Origin: Zootoca vivipara
Taxonomy: Eukaryota
NCBI RefSeq assembly: GCF_963506605.1
Contig: NC_083277.1
Location: 95,356,001 to 95,420,000 of the forward strand
Direction: 5' to 3'
Length of the DNA: 64,000 nt
In this document: one piece after another, positions 12,068-22,911 of the stretch
Layout: every line of letters begins with the position of its first letter
Position numbering within the stretch: position 1 is the stretch's first letter
Program-made: the position numbers and the translations under genes
The notes under the pieces: model-generated
Told to the model about the DNA's origin: nothing
What the model saw: only the letters and a program-made list of their open reading frames with translations
Databases searched by the model: none

Positions 12068-13586
12068 TTGCTACTAGCACTTGTTTAAAGCAGCTCATGG
12101 GGAATAGCCACCTAAGTGCAATTGATTCACTTGCTTGGGTTGGGGAAAGGCATCTACTGTGAAGAGTAAGAATGCCACAGCTTAACTATGTGTGTGTGTG
12201 TGTGTATTGGGTTCTGGGGTATCCTTGCTGTTTTCTACCCTTGCAGGAAGCTGCTTCTTGCAGGAAATACTTCGCTCCCCCCTCAGGGGTGGGAGAGGCT
12301 TTCTTTCTGGCCTGTGTGTGAAGTGCAAGGCATAATAGTTGCAAAAAAATAAAATAATGCAGAGGATATTCAGCTAACTCTACAACAGGAGCTAGAGATT
12401 TAATCCAGCAGTAAGGCAAGCGTCCCGTTACGTTGCTTCCTACTGCAGTTATCGTAGTGGGACCCTTGCTGCTGGCCACTTTGTGCCTTATCTGTAGATG
12501 CTGTTACATCCTTGACTCATGCCAGCCACTGAGTGGGGTGGGGGGTTAGTTCCCATGGCTCCTATGGTGCTGCCTTTCTAGATAGGATAGTGCAGATGAA
12601 GTGCTTTCCTTACGGCTTTTCACTTGCTGCTGGATGGACCCGATGCCAAAGCTTAGGCCTAAAGGCCCCCTCATTTCTTTTTTTAAAATAACAATTTGTA
12701 TATAAAGTCCTGGACTGAGCAATGTTGAATTTTTCCTGTGTGCCTTGTCTTGTTTCCCTCCCTCAATTGAATCCTAGTTCAAGATGGGAGGGGACCAGCT
12801 CCCTATCTGCACAGATATACTAATAGTGAAGAAAGATAGCTGGGGTGGGGTGTACTACTCTGTATGCCTGTTGGGGTGGGAAGCCCACTTGCACAAAACT
12901 TAGACTGTCACACTTTCCTGGGTACCCTACAAGCCTTTCTGGGAAAGCTCCTATCTTGGTTTCCCAACTGTACCCGTTGTCTGTGTGTGTGTGGGAAGGG
13001 AACAGGAGACAACCCACCCCCCTACATGGGAAGCTGTTTGAGGATTTGGGAAGTGTTCTAAATCTGTACCATGGCAGAAATAAACCTCATCACTCCCACC
13101 ACTTGGAATGTGAGCTTTTATTATACATCCTCCCCATGGCTTCAGGGGAGATGTTTATGTGTGAACCCCACTATGTGACAGAGGGCTAGCTGTGGGAAAA
13201 TAATTATGCTGGCTGTAGCAAAGCAGTGGTGTAAGGTCTTGGCACCTACAGAAACAAGTATAAACCTTATCTCAGCTCCTTTTTTTAGGCCGGGCTTTTT
13301 CACCTCCTGCTGTTCTGGGTTTTGGCCAACCAAGCACTCTAAGCAGCTGATGCTGTTTCTCCCAGTGCAGCTCTTAACATGAAAGGGTTCTGTACTATTG
13401 GGAGGAGGAGTATGGGCATTTTCAGTGGTGGTCCTATAACAAAATTTTCCAAGCAAGAAGCAAGTCATCTTCAACACTTCTGAAGGAGGGGGTTGAGATC
13501 TGGATGTCTCCTACAGTCTGAAAGTGGGTAGCCTTTAAAAACAAAATAGACACCTTGCTCTGAAGCCTGGTGAAATGGTGGAAATC

Positions 13587-13631
13587 AATAAAAAAAGGTC
13601 AAAAACGACATTCAGTATTAAGTTATTTATT
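13587..13631. terminator. Opposed poly(A) signals: AATAAA(+) 13587-13592 for SYNGR2 and AATAAA(-) 13626-13631 for TK1
   Basis: Hexamers seen directly between the convergent genes; usage is inferred. Confidence 0.55.
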
Positions 13632-14600
13632 AAAATAGCCTCATGAATAAGAAGACAGCAAATATTCATGGGGAACATAAGTGGCAGCAGAGCAGTCGGG
13701 GCATGTTTTTAAGTGCAAAATTGATGGTTTGCTGAATCAAATGCAGAAATGGCTACTACCATTAATCAGGCAGAAGACAGTAAGATCGAACTGCCAGAAG
13801 TTATACGACAGGTACATGCCCCAAGTTTCATATATAATGAACATGATTGATGCTACCAGCCATCCTGAATAAATTAGGAAATCAAAGGCCTGACACAGGA
13901 CACAAAATCTTAAAGCCAAGACTACAAAGAACATAAGAATTGCTTATTGCCCACTTCTGGAGACACATTATATCTATCAAACCCTTCTACAGAAAAGCAG
14001 AGGCCTCATAACTTATGCAGGATTAGTAATGTTTGTTAGTTTGGAAGCCTCACAGAACTATGCTATATACTCAACATGTAGCTGGATGTTGGATCAGAGA
14101 GATACACATAGAATTGAGGAAAATATTTTTTGCTCAGGCAGTCTAGTCTAGAGTTGAACACTATGTTCCATATTCCATGTTCAAGAAGGGTGAAAGACTT
14201 GGAAAGAGACTAGCCATTCTAAGGTAAATTATTCAACAAGGACCCTGGTGTTTGCTGAAATAAGAGACAATGGCTTTAAGATATAAATATTCTAGTTTGA
14301 CTAGGAAACAGGTTCTGCTAGTGAACAGAGGAAACTCCCAGTTCTATGTGACAGTAGGAAGTCTTTCCCCATAAATGTGAAGCCGCCAAGAGGTGAGCTT
14401 TCAGTTTTTAGCACACCTAAATTGTTAACCTTCTGCAACATGCTCCAGCCTCATTTCCTCCTTTAAAAGCAGTTCATTCTTTTTAGTGCTTTCCCCAGTA
14501 TTGTCCTTTGATCCACACACCTTTTTAACAGTATAGAGTTGGAATAAAGAACAGCACATCAATTAACTCCACTGAAGAAAAGGGCTGTCGCTTTCCTAGT

Positions 14601-17600
14601 TCAGTGTGATGGGCTCCACTGCATGATTTGACGAGCAGCCAAAGCCTTTCGGGAACCAGCGATATCTAGCTGCTTATTTCCTCCCGGTAGATTCTCTTTG
14701 TCGTCAGTCGCCTGCTGCTGCGTCCGTTTCTTGAAGTAGCAGACCCGGCAGACTGAATGGTACTTGTCTGCTCCTCCGATCACTTCCACCTAAAGAAGGA
14801 GAGAAGCGTTAATTACTCAACAGGTAAAAAGCACTTTCCTGCTGTCAAATTGATAGCAGACACATCTCTGCCTCGCAGGTGGAAAGGAACCTTTCCAAGA
14901 AGGAAAGTGCAGTGGACTCTTACCTCCTTCTCTGTCCCCAGCCTCTTTGTGTAAGAGGCTTCACGGTAACACTCCATGCAGACGGCGTTTAGTTTCACCA
15001 CACTCTCTGCTAAAGGGACCAGCTGCAAGATGTTGCCAAAGGCCTGCAATGAAACCAGATGCTTCGTTGGGTTGGGACACATACCAGCCGGAAGAGAAAG
15101 TTAAGAATTTAGAGAGGTTTACCTTTCTCTGGAAGGTTGCATCAAGGGCGGCCACAATGACAGTCTTCCCTGCATTGGCCATTGCCTCGCAGAACTCTAC
15201 AATGTCTGGAAACTAGACAGGAACAGAGGGAAATAGTTAGGTTCCTCCACAGTGGACAAGTATCTCTTAGAAATTCATAGGACTACATGTGACACAACCA
15301 GTTCTTTGGTTGTGAAGAGACGATGACATTCTTAAGAGTATTTGCATGGTACTCTTACAGTGAAAGCCTATGGGGTGGGGAGAATAGCCAGTGTGGTATG
15401 TCCTGCGGTTACTGAACTACAGTTGCCATCAGCTTCAGCCAACATAGCCAAAGGTCAGGATGACAGAAGCTGTAGCCACACCCTCATTGGCTAACTCTGG
15501 CCCACACATACTCATTCAGAAATAAGCATTCAATGGAACTTATTCCCAGGTAATAGTATAGAACTGTACCTTAACCCACCTATGTTTTAAGCGAAGTTAA
15601 GGAAGCCAACACGTCTCATGTTCTCTAACTGAAGACTTTAGTGGGTGGCGCTGTGGGTTAAACCACAGAGCCTAGGGCTTGCCGATCAGACGGTCGGTGG
15701 TTTGAATCCCCGCAACGGGGTGAGCTCCCGTTGTTCAGTCCCTGCTCCTGCTAACCTAGCAGTTTGAAAGCACGTCAAAGTGCAAGTAGATAAATAGGTA
15801 CCATTCTGGCAGGAAGGTAAACAGAGTTTCTGTGCGCTGCTCTGCGATTCCCAGTATTTGGTATTCATAGCAACGCCTTCCATGTTCCTTTATACTGTTC
15901 TGTGTCAAAGAGGACTGCAATCCTACGTCTACTCAGAAGTCCCAATGAACTCAAAGGGGCTTATTCTGGGAGCATAAAATGGCAGCCCAAGTCCCCAGAG
16001 ATCTGTGAAACAGACTTATGCGGTAGTGCTTGACTGTTGACCCAAGCCAGATTTATTTTAGTTATATATTGTTTATTTTATAAACAAGAATAATGTTAGA
16101 CAAACAAGTATACCAAGTTTTCATGTCATTTGTATATCACAAAAATAGCATAATGTGGAAAAAATATCTACAACATATGTTTCATTATTTAGAGAAGATA
16201 AAAGAACTTACAAACTGGCCTTCATCGATGCCAATCACAGCAGCGTTAACGGCCTCTTGATGCACATCTTTGAGACAACAAGCTGAATAGGCTTCCATGG
16301 TATTCCTACATAGAAACAGAAATATTTGTGATAATTGGAATGCTTTGGTTATAAGCCTACTCCATGGCAAAGAGTTCAGTTTCCAGTGGCACTTACAGAA
16401 TGCTCTCGAATCTAAATAGCAGCTACGTGAGAGAAGACTTTAAACAGGGAAGATGCTTGAATCCCCAGAGGTCATATATTATAGCGAAGCATTACAGTGC
16501 CAACAGTTTTAGATAACAGTCTGTGGGAAATGGTGTGCCTGCTTGAAATTTCCCAAGCATATACACAGTATAGATTGGCCCTGACATTTTAGCAATTTAC
16601 CTGTCATGTGTGGAGACGCCATTGACACAGTAGCGTGTGTCCTTGGAATACTTGATCACCAGACATTTGTACTGTGCAATTTGGAACCGACGGACCCGGC
16701 GCATGAGTTCAGTGCTGCAAAACAAGAATGGAGATGTCCAGTGGCAAGCATAAACCAGGAAAGACTGAAGTGTTTCTGGTCAGAGAGAAACAAGCTCTTT
16801 TACTAGAAGGGCACATGTGGCTCTATTGTGAGTCAAAAAAGCTGCAGCTGCTACATGAGGGAAATTACAAAAGCACACGACTGACTGCTTTAGTCACTTC
16901 AATGCTTCAATGCCTACAATCATGGAAAACACATTTCCGTCCCAGCTCTGGCATAGACTTGCATTTTAAGACATTGGCTTTTGTTCTAAAGAAGGCAGCA
17001 CTATAAGTTTGGAGGTGAAGGGTAAAGAAATGGCAATTGCCTCTATTCAGTCCATGGGATCTACTCCTTTCCCTACAGTCTTGATTGGCTAGGGCAGGCA
17101 TAGGCAACCTCCGGCCCTCCAGATGTTTTGGCCTACAACTCCCATGATCCCTAGCTAACAGGACTAGTGGGTCAGGGAGGTTGGGAATTGTACTCCCAAA
17201 CATCTGGAGAGCCGAAGGCTGCCTATGCCTGGGCTAGGGCATGGAAAAGTTTCATTCGATTTGTCTGCCAAGTGGCACAACCCATTATTTGCTCTGGTAA
17301 GAGCAAATGATGGCCAGAGCCTATTTTATATAGAAAGCAAACTTTTTTGGGCAAGCAAGGTGCAAATCCAGCATAGGAGACAGTGCCACTTTTGCACTCA
17401 TTGGAGGATTTGCAGCCCATTAGCCCATGCCTTGATATATTTTCACCCCTAGCTTACTGAGGGAGGAAGCAGCAGCGTTGTGATGATCAAGCAGGTAGAG
17501 CTCCGGCCAGTTGTGCCTCTTGTAGAATCCATGTTACAGATCAGCCACGCCAATTAACAGAAAACTGGTGTGCTGGGCCCAACATCCAGACTACCAGTAC

Positions 17601-18267
17601 AAATAATAGCAGCACTTATTTCAAATCTGCAGTGTACATACCTTTTCCCGGAGAACATGGGTCCAAAGATGACCTATAGAGGTTGGAGGGGGGAAAAGGA
17701 TTTAGGAATGTTTTCTTCTTAAAGCTAAGTACCAAATATGCAGGTTGCAAGATAAATGGCTGCAATCAGAAACAGGTTGTTGAACTAGACTGAGCTCCTT
17801 TTAAGCCTGTAATCCCTACAAGAGCCCGTCCATTATCAGATGGAGCAGCTCTCTAAATGCCACATCCTAGGAATTCCAAGAGGGGAGATGGCGGTTGTGT
17901 CCCATGCCCTTCCCATCTGCATCGTGAGAACAGGATGCTGGGCTAGAGGGGACCTTCTGGGCCCTTCCCGCGCCCTCACGTAGCCTTTACTCCCATTCGG
18001 AGCCGGAAAGGCGAATATCGTTTTCGCACCCCCAGTTCCGCAATCGAGGTTGCTACTCCCAAAACCTCTCCCTCCCTCTCCTTGGCAAAGCCAAGGGCCC
18101 CGAAAACATCACTATATAAAGGCGAACCTCCAGCCTCAGAACTATCAGCCGCTCCCATTAATAAGCCCGTGTCACATACAATGACACCAACTTCTACGTG
18201 CCTGTATCTGGCCGCGGGCCTTGAGGGGCGACCCCGGCTGCACTCCCGGCATCATCAGGCAGTTCAT
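14601..18267 (-). CDS. TK1: Thymidine kinase 1, cytosolic, 234 aa; exons 18267-18202, 17673-17642, 16714-16601, 16305-16212, 15212-15123, 15043-14924, 14789-14601
   Basis: [22 protein letters not shown]|[10 protein letters not shown]|[12 protein letters not shown] (P-loop), [16 protein letters not shown], Zn-binding [17 protein letters not shown]-terminal KEN box. Intron 1 requires a GC donor. Confidence 0.97.
15641..15845 (+). mobile_element. Sauria SINE, 5' part
   Basis: gtgggtggcgctgtgggttaaaccacagagcctagggcttgccgatcag...gtttgaatccccgc...gtgcaagtagataaataggtacc: tRNA-like head typical of squamate SINEs. Confidence 0.8.
17095..17231. mobile_element. Palindromic hAT-type MITE
   Basis: TIR caggcataggca/tgcctatgcctg; perfect 8-bp TSD ggctaggg. 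Confidence 0.85.
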
Positions 18268-18299
18268 GGCTCCGATTCCAAGTCCTTTGCCCGGGCAGA

Positions 18300-18560
18300 T
18301 CCACCTAACGCCGGCCTTTCTTTCCCTTCGCGCGCCCGGCTCCGGCAGTTTTTATCCCCAGGGGGAAGCACTGTCCAATCAGAACAGACCGCGCCGTTCC
18401 ACAGACCATCAAAAGGAAACCCCCTCTGCCCCTTGACCAATCAGAGTCAAGGCGGGAAAAAACTTTCTTGAAAGTGTTTGGCAAGGACCGCGCAGGCTCT
18501 TAAACTATCTCCCGGCATGCTCTGCGAAAGTGAGGATTTTATTTTTTTTAAGGGGCGGGG
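18300..18560. promoter_or_regulatory. TK1/AFMID bidirectional G1/S promoter
   Basis: CCAAT boxes at 18375 and 18437 (inverted relative to TK1), E2F site ggcgggaaaa 18451-18460, ZNF143-type actatctcccggcatgc at 18504, GC box, TATA-like GATAAAA on the minus strand ~18350. Confidence 0.75.
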
Positions 18561-19309
18561 GAGGCACTTGCGTCCGGTCTCCCGTCATTCATAGTTCCTC
18601 TTTCCTGACGTTTCCCCCCCCCCCCTGCTTGGCAGGAGAGCAGCGCCTAAAATCAGTTCTTCAGCTTTGCTTGTGCAAAGGTTGCCATGTTTTCATTTCA
18701 TCATTTCTGATCTCTGATTAACAGAGGAACCCGCGCATTTCGCTCACGGTTGTGTAATTGTGTTAAAAAATGGGTGTGAGTGGGTTTCAGCCATAGCTTC
18801 TTTGTCCCAGAACTTGTGGCCTGCAGCAGCACTGACCAGAGACTCATCCAATTCATTGCCAGAGTTGCAATAGTCTGGGTTGCAAGCAAAAGCAAAGATT
18901 GGCACCATTTATTGTGCTAGCACTATTGAGCTTTAACATGCTGCAAAGCTCTTTTGTTTTGTTTAACCCTGTTCAGTCTGCCATCTCCATCTTGAGATGG
19001 AGTCTAGATGCAGATATTACAGTACAGCAATGGGGCCTTTTTTGTCCTTATGCCAAACCATGGCTTGGTTCCCAGCTGCAAGGTGGTTGTAAGAGTAGGG
19101 AAAGATTGCAGCAACTGTTGTTTTCAGCCATGCACTATGTCCAGTCCCTTCAACCTTTCCTCATAGGATTTTTATTTGTATTCAGGTACTCAGAAAGTAA
19201 TACACAGGTGTGTCCTGTAGGCAAATATTCCATGTGATGCAAACAGCTGAATGTGAAATATCTGAATCAGCACATTCCTGTTAAAATAAAAGTGTGTATT
19301 AGTCTAGAG

Positions 19310-19688
19310 CAGGGTAGTCCAACATCTGGCTTAATGCCTTTTTTGGTAGCCCTTGGTAACATTTAACACATACACACACCTCTCTTGCTGCCTTCCCCAA
19401 ACCCATGAGACTTGATGGCTCTGACAGGGTCCCAGAGTCCTCCCTACTTCTTCCCAAAGCCAATAATTGCTTTCCCAGCTTTTGGGAGGTGGGAGGACTC
19501 TTGGACCCTGCCAGAGCCTCACGCTTCCCTCCCAAAGCTTGGTGCCTCTCTTAACCAGTTTTGGTAAGGCAGTGCGAGGGCTGGGCAGGGGCATTATATT
19601 TTGGCCTTGCTCCCCACTCCACCCCCACCCCGTGCAACAAGGCAGTGTGCAGCCTGTGAGTTCTGGTATGAAAAGTTGGACCACCCTG
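19310..19688. mobile_element. Non-autonomous hAT element (379 bp)
   Basis: TIR cagggtagtccaac/gttggaccaccctg; perfect 8-bp TSD gtctagag. Confidence 0.8.
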
Positions 19689-20029
19689 GTCTAGAGAGTC
19701 ATTCTTCCTCAATAACTCAATTGAGTAACTCAGACACCTCCACTTACCCACCAGGGACACACATGCTTGATATTCATTGATAATTTCACCCCAGGACATC
19801 TCACTTGGCCACATCATACCTGTATGATACATCTACTCTTCTTTGGTCTTTCTCTAAAATTTCCTTCACACATCCTCCCTTATACAAATAGAAAATTGAC
19901 TTCCAATGCTACATATTTTTAGATACTGGGGAATGTGTTTCTTTTTTAATATCTAAAAATAATCTATCAATTTACAACCGACACTTAATACTGCAAGAAA
20001 GTAGAAAAACTGATCACCATGTTCTAGCT

Positions 20030-20164
20030 CAGGCATAGACAACATTGGTTCACCAGATGTTTTGGAACTACAACTCCCATGATCCCTGACCACTGGCCCT
20101 GTTAGCCAGAGATCATGGGAGTTGTAGTTCCAAAACATCTGGAGAGCCAAGGTTGCCATGCCTG
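20030..20164. mobile_element. Palindromic hAT-type MITE
   Basis: caggcat...atgcctg termini; 8-bp TSD ttctagct. Confidence 0.85.
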
Positions 20165-20189
20165 TTCTAGCTCTTTCTTATTTCTCGTA

Positions 20190-20377
20190 CAGTGGAACCT
20201 CGGTTTATGAACACCTCGGTTTATGAATTTTCAGTTTACGAATGCCGTGGACTCATCTGGAACGGATTAATTCACTTTCCATTACTTTCCATGGGAAAGT
20301 TCACTTCAGTTTATGAACGCTTCAGTTTATGAACAGACTTCCGGAACCAATTGTGTTCATAAACGGAGGTACCACTG
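20190..20377. mobile_element. Tc1/mariner (Tigger-like) MITE
   Basis: TIR cagtggaacctcggtttatgaac/gttcataaacggaggtaccactg; TA TSD. Confidence 0.85.
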
Positions 20378-21228
20378 TATAGGCTGCAGGAGAGTGTTAA
20401 ACGTGTTAAGACTAGATCCCCCCCAAAAAATTCAAAGCACACACTATCTACCAGTTGCTGATTATCCCGCAACTGCCACAGTACGATAGGATAGTACTGC
20501 ATGCTAACTAATTTTCTTTTTCACATTTTTTTCCTTTTCTTTTCAGATGTGATTAAACAGCTGTCCTATTTGAATCATAAAATGGGAAAACAGCACGTAA
20601 CAGGGATTTGCAGTGTGAAAGCTATTATAATTACTGATGTGTTTGTTTATAAGGGAAAAAATTGGAGTGTTTCACAGTGAGGCTTGGCATATTTATTGGT
20701 ACATTTGCATATTAAGCTCACTAGCACAACATTGTTGTTAATGTTATCAAATATAACCTTCTGGCCTGTTGGGAATCCAACTATCAACACTCACATTTGC
20801 TTGGTAGCAAATTGCTCCTCTCATAAGGTTTATTTAAGGGGCGTCCTGCCTGTCACCTTCTTAGATTCATTCTCAGATGAGATTCCCCGCCACACACAGT
20901 GAACTACCGGGTAGCTCATTTCGCAGCATAAAATCTTGAAAGCTTTGCTGAGTGAAAAATGTTCTAATGAGTTGATTATATTGTGACTGGAACACATCAG
21001 CAGAGGTGGGAAGGGTCAGATGTGGGATTTTAGCTAAGATCTGAAGAAGGAAGGAATAAGAACAGAGCGATGAATACAGTAGTGCAAAGCAGCAGAGAAT
21101 TGGGAGACCCAGGTAGGAGCGCTTTTATGCCATAGTTTCACAGAACCAAAGCCCCATCAAACTGCCGTAGCTATTTGTGGGGAAATTAAATCAGACACTT
21201 TGTTCTTTTAAATACCTGGATTTAGTAG

Positions 21229-21362
21229 TAGTTACAAGTAGGTAGCCGTGTTGGTCTGACATAGTCAAAATAAATAATAATAAAAAAAATCCTTCCAGTA
21301 GCACCTTAGAGACCAACTAAGTTTGTCATAGGTATGAGCTTTCGTGTGCATGCACACTTCTT
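21229..21362 (-). mobile_element. Penelope-like terminal fragment (ribozyme truncated)
   Basis: Same family as 3322; TSD tggatttagtag (21217-21228, 21363-21374). Confidence 0.75.
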
Positions 21363-22911
21363 TGGATTTAGTAGGCTAGGGACAGGGAATCTGTGGCCCT
21401 CTGGATGTAACTAGATGACAATCACATAACCCTCACCAGTGTCATGGTAGCTGGGGTTGAAATAAGTTGCAGACTAGCAACATTTGGGGGGGGGCAGATT
21501 TCTCATCCCTGTAGCAGGTAGGTAGACATCCAATACTTATTCATTCCTGGGTGCCTGTTTCGATGCAGCCAAAACTGCACCATCCACAACACAAGAGGAA
21601 GGTATTGGCAGGCTTGGAGGAAGTCGCAAGGTTTGCAGAAGTACCAAAAAGGGCGGGCGGACACCAAAACCAACGCAGTGAGGATTGAAAATGCTTGGTG
21701 GGTATGGAATGCTAACTGATGGGAGGAGAAATGCAGGAAAGCTTGGGGTGGGGGGAATGAAATGGAGTATCCTGGGATGAGGGGTGGCTGAGTGGAACAC
21801 CATGCAGCAACATTTTCTTGCAGGCCCCACCTAGTATACTTACATACTACACCTGGTATACTAGGTGGGGCCTGCAACAAAAGGAGTGGTCAGCGTGATG
21901 CAGCAGCAGCAGCAGCACTGTAGATCAGCCCTCCTGACACAGGCAGGGTAGGGTGGCAGCGAGGTTGGGACTGCCAGGACGCACCAGCAGAGCCATTCAG
22001 GCACTTCCGCTGGTATGTCTGCACAAACCTCACCTCACCCTCATTCACTCCATTTTCAAAGGAGCCCCGTTATGCAAATATATGTGAGGAAGTACTTTTC
22101 TCAGACTCGCTCTGCATTTTTACAACAGTGGGAGAAAAGTGCATTTGAATCTCTGAAGAAGGGAGGGATTGCAGAGTTGTTTGGCAGCACGCTGCCATCA
22201 TAACTAAAAAAAGGCAATGAGAAACCATGGAAACCTCCTTCGGATCTATTCAGGAGTTATGTTCCAATCCTTTCTAAGTGGGTTATGCTGCTTAAAGCAT
22301 ATCTGAGGGCACTTTGATCTTACATACTTTGGCAGCCAGGACACACATCCGAAAATAGTATCCTCGAACTTAGCTGAGAGTCTGCATCAATGGTTGTTGT
22401 TGTTTTTTTTAAGTGCATTGGAAAATTACATTGGGTAAATCTTTTTCTGATAATAATAATCTGGCTGGGTTTCCCCAGTGTGAGGAAGATTTAAAGATCA
22501 CTTCTCAAAAAGTGTGTGTTTGTTTGTTTGTGGCTGGGGTGGGGGGAATTACCTGGCTACAAAAATAGCTTCCCCTGAATTTGTGCACGGATTTGAGCTT
22601 GTGTCTTGCAGCTGGACGATATCAGTTGCCTTGGGATATCTGTTCTGGAGTCAGCGCTGAGAGTAAATAAGACTGCCCTCCGCCTAAATCCCAGCACGGA
22701 TTTGTTTATTTGCAGAGAGCATAGTTCCCTATGTCAGGGTTTGCTGACGCCCAACTCCACCCCAGCTCATGGAGCAACCAGTGGCCAAGGAAGAACAGCT
22801 GATCTCTTCTACACTTTGTCCCCAGAGGCTGGCTCTTCTAACTAGTTGCTCTGCAGCACAGAAAACTTAGATGTAAGAAGATACAGCATAGGCCACATCT
22901 GAGCCGGTGAC

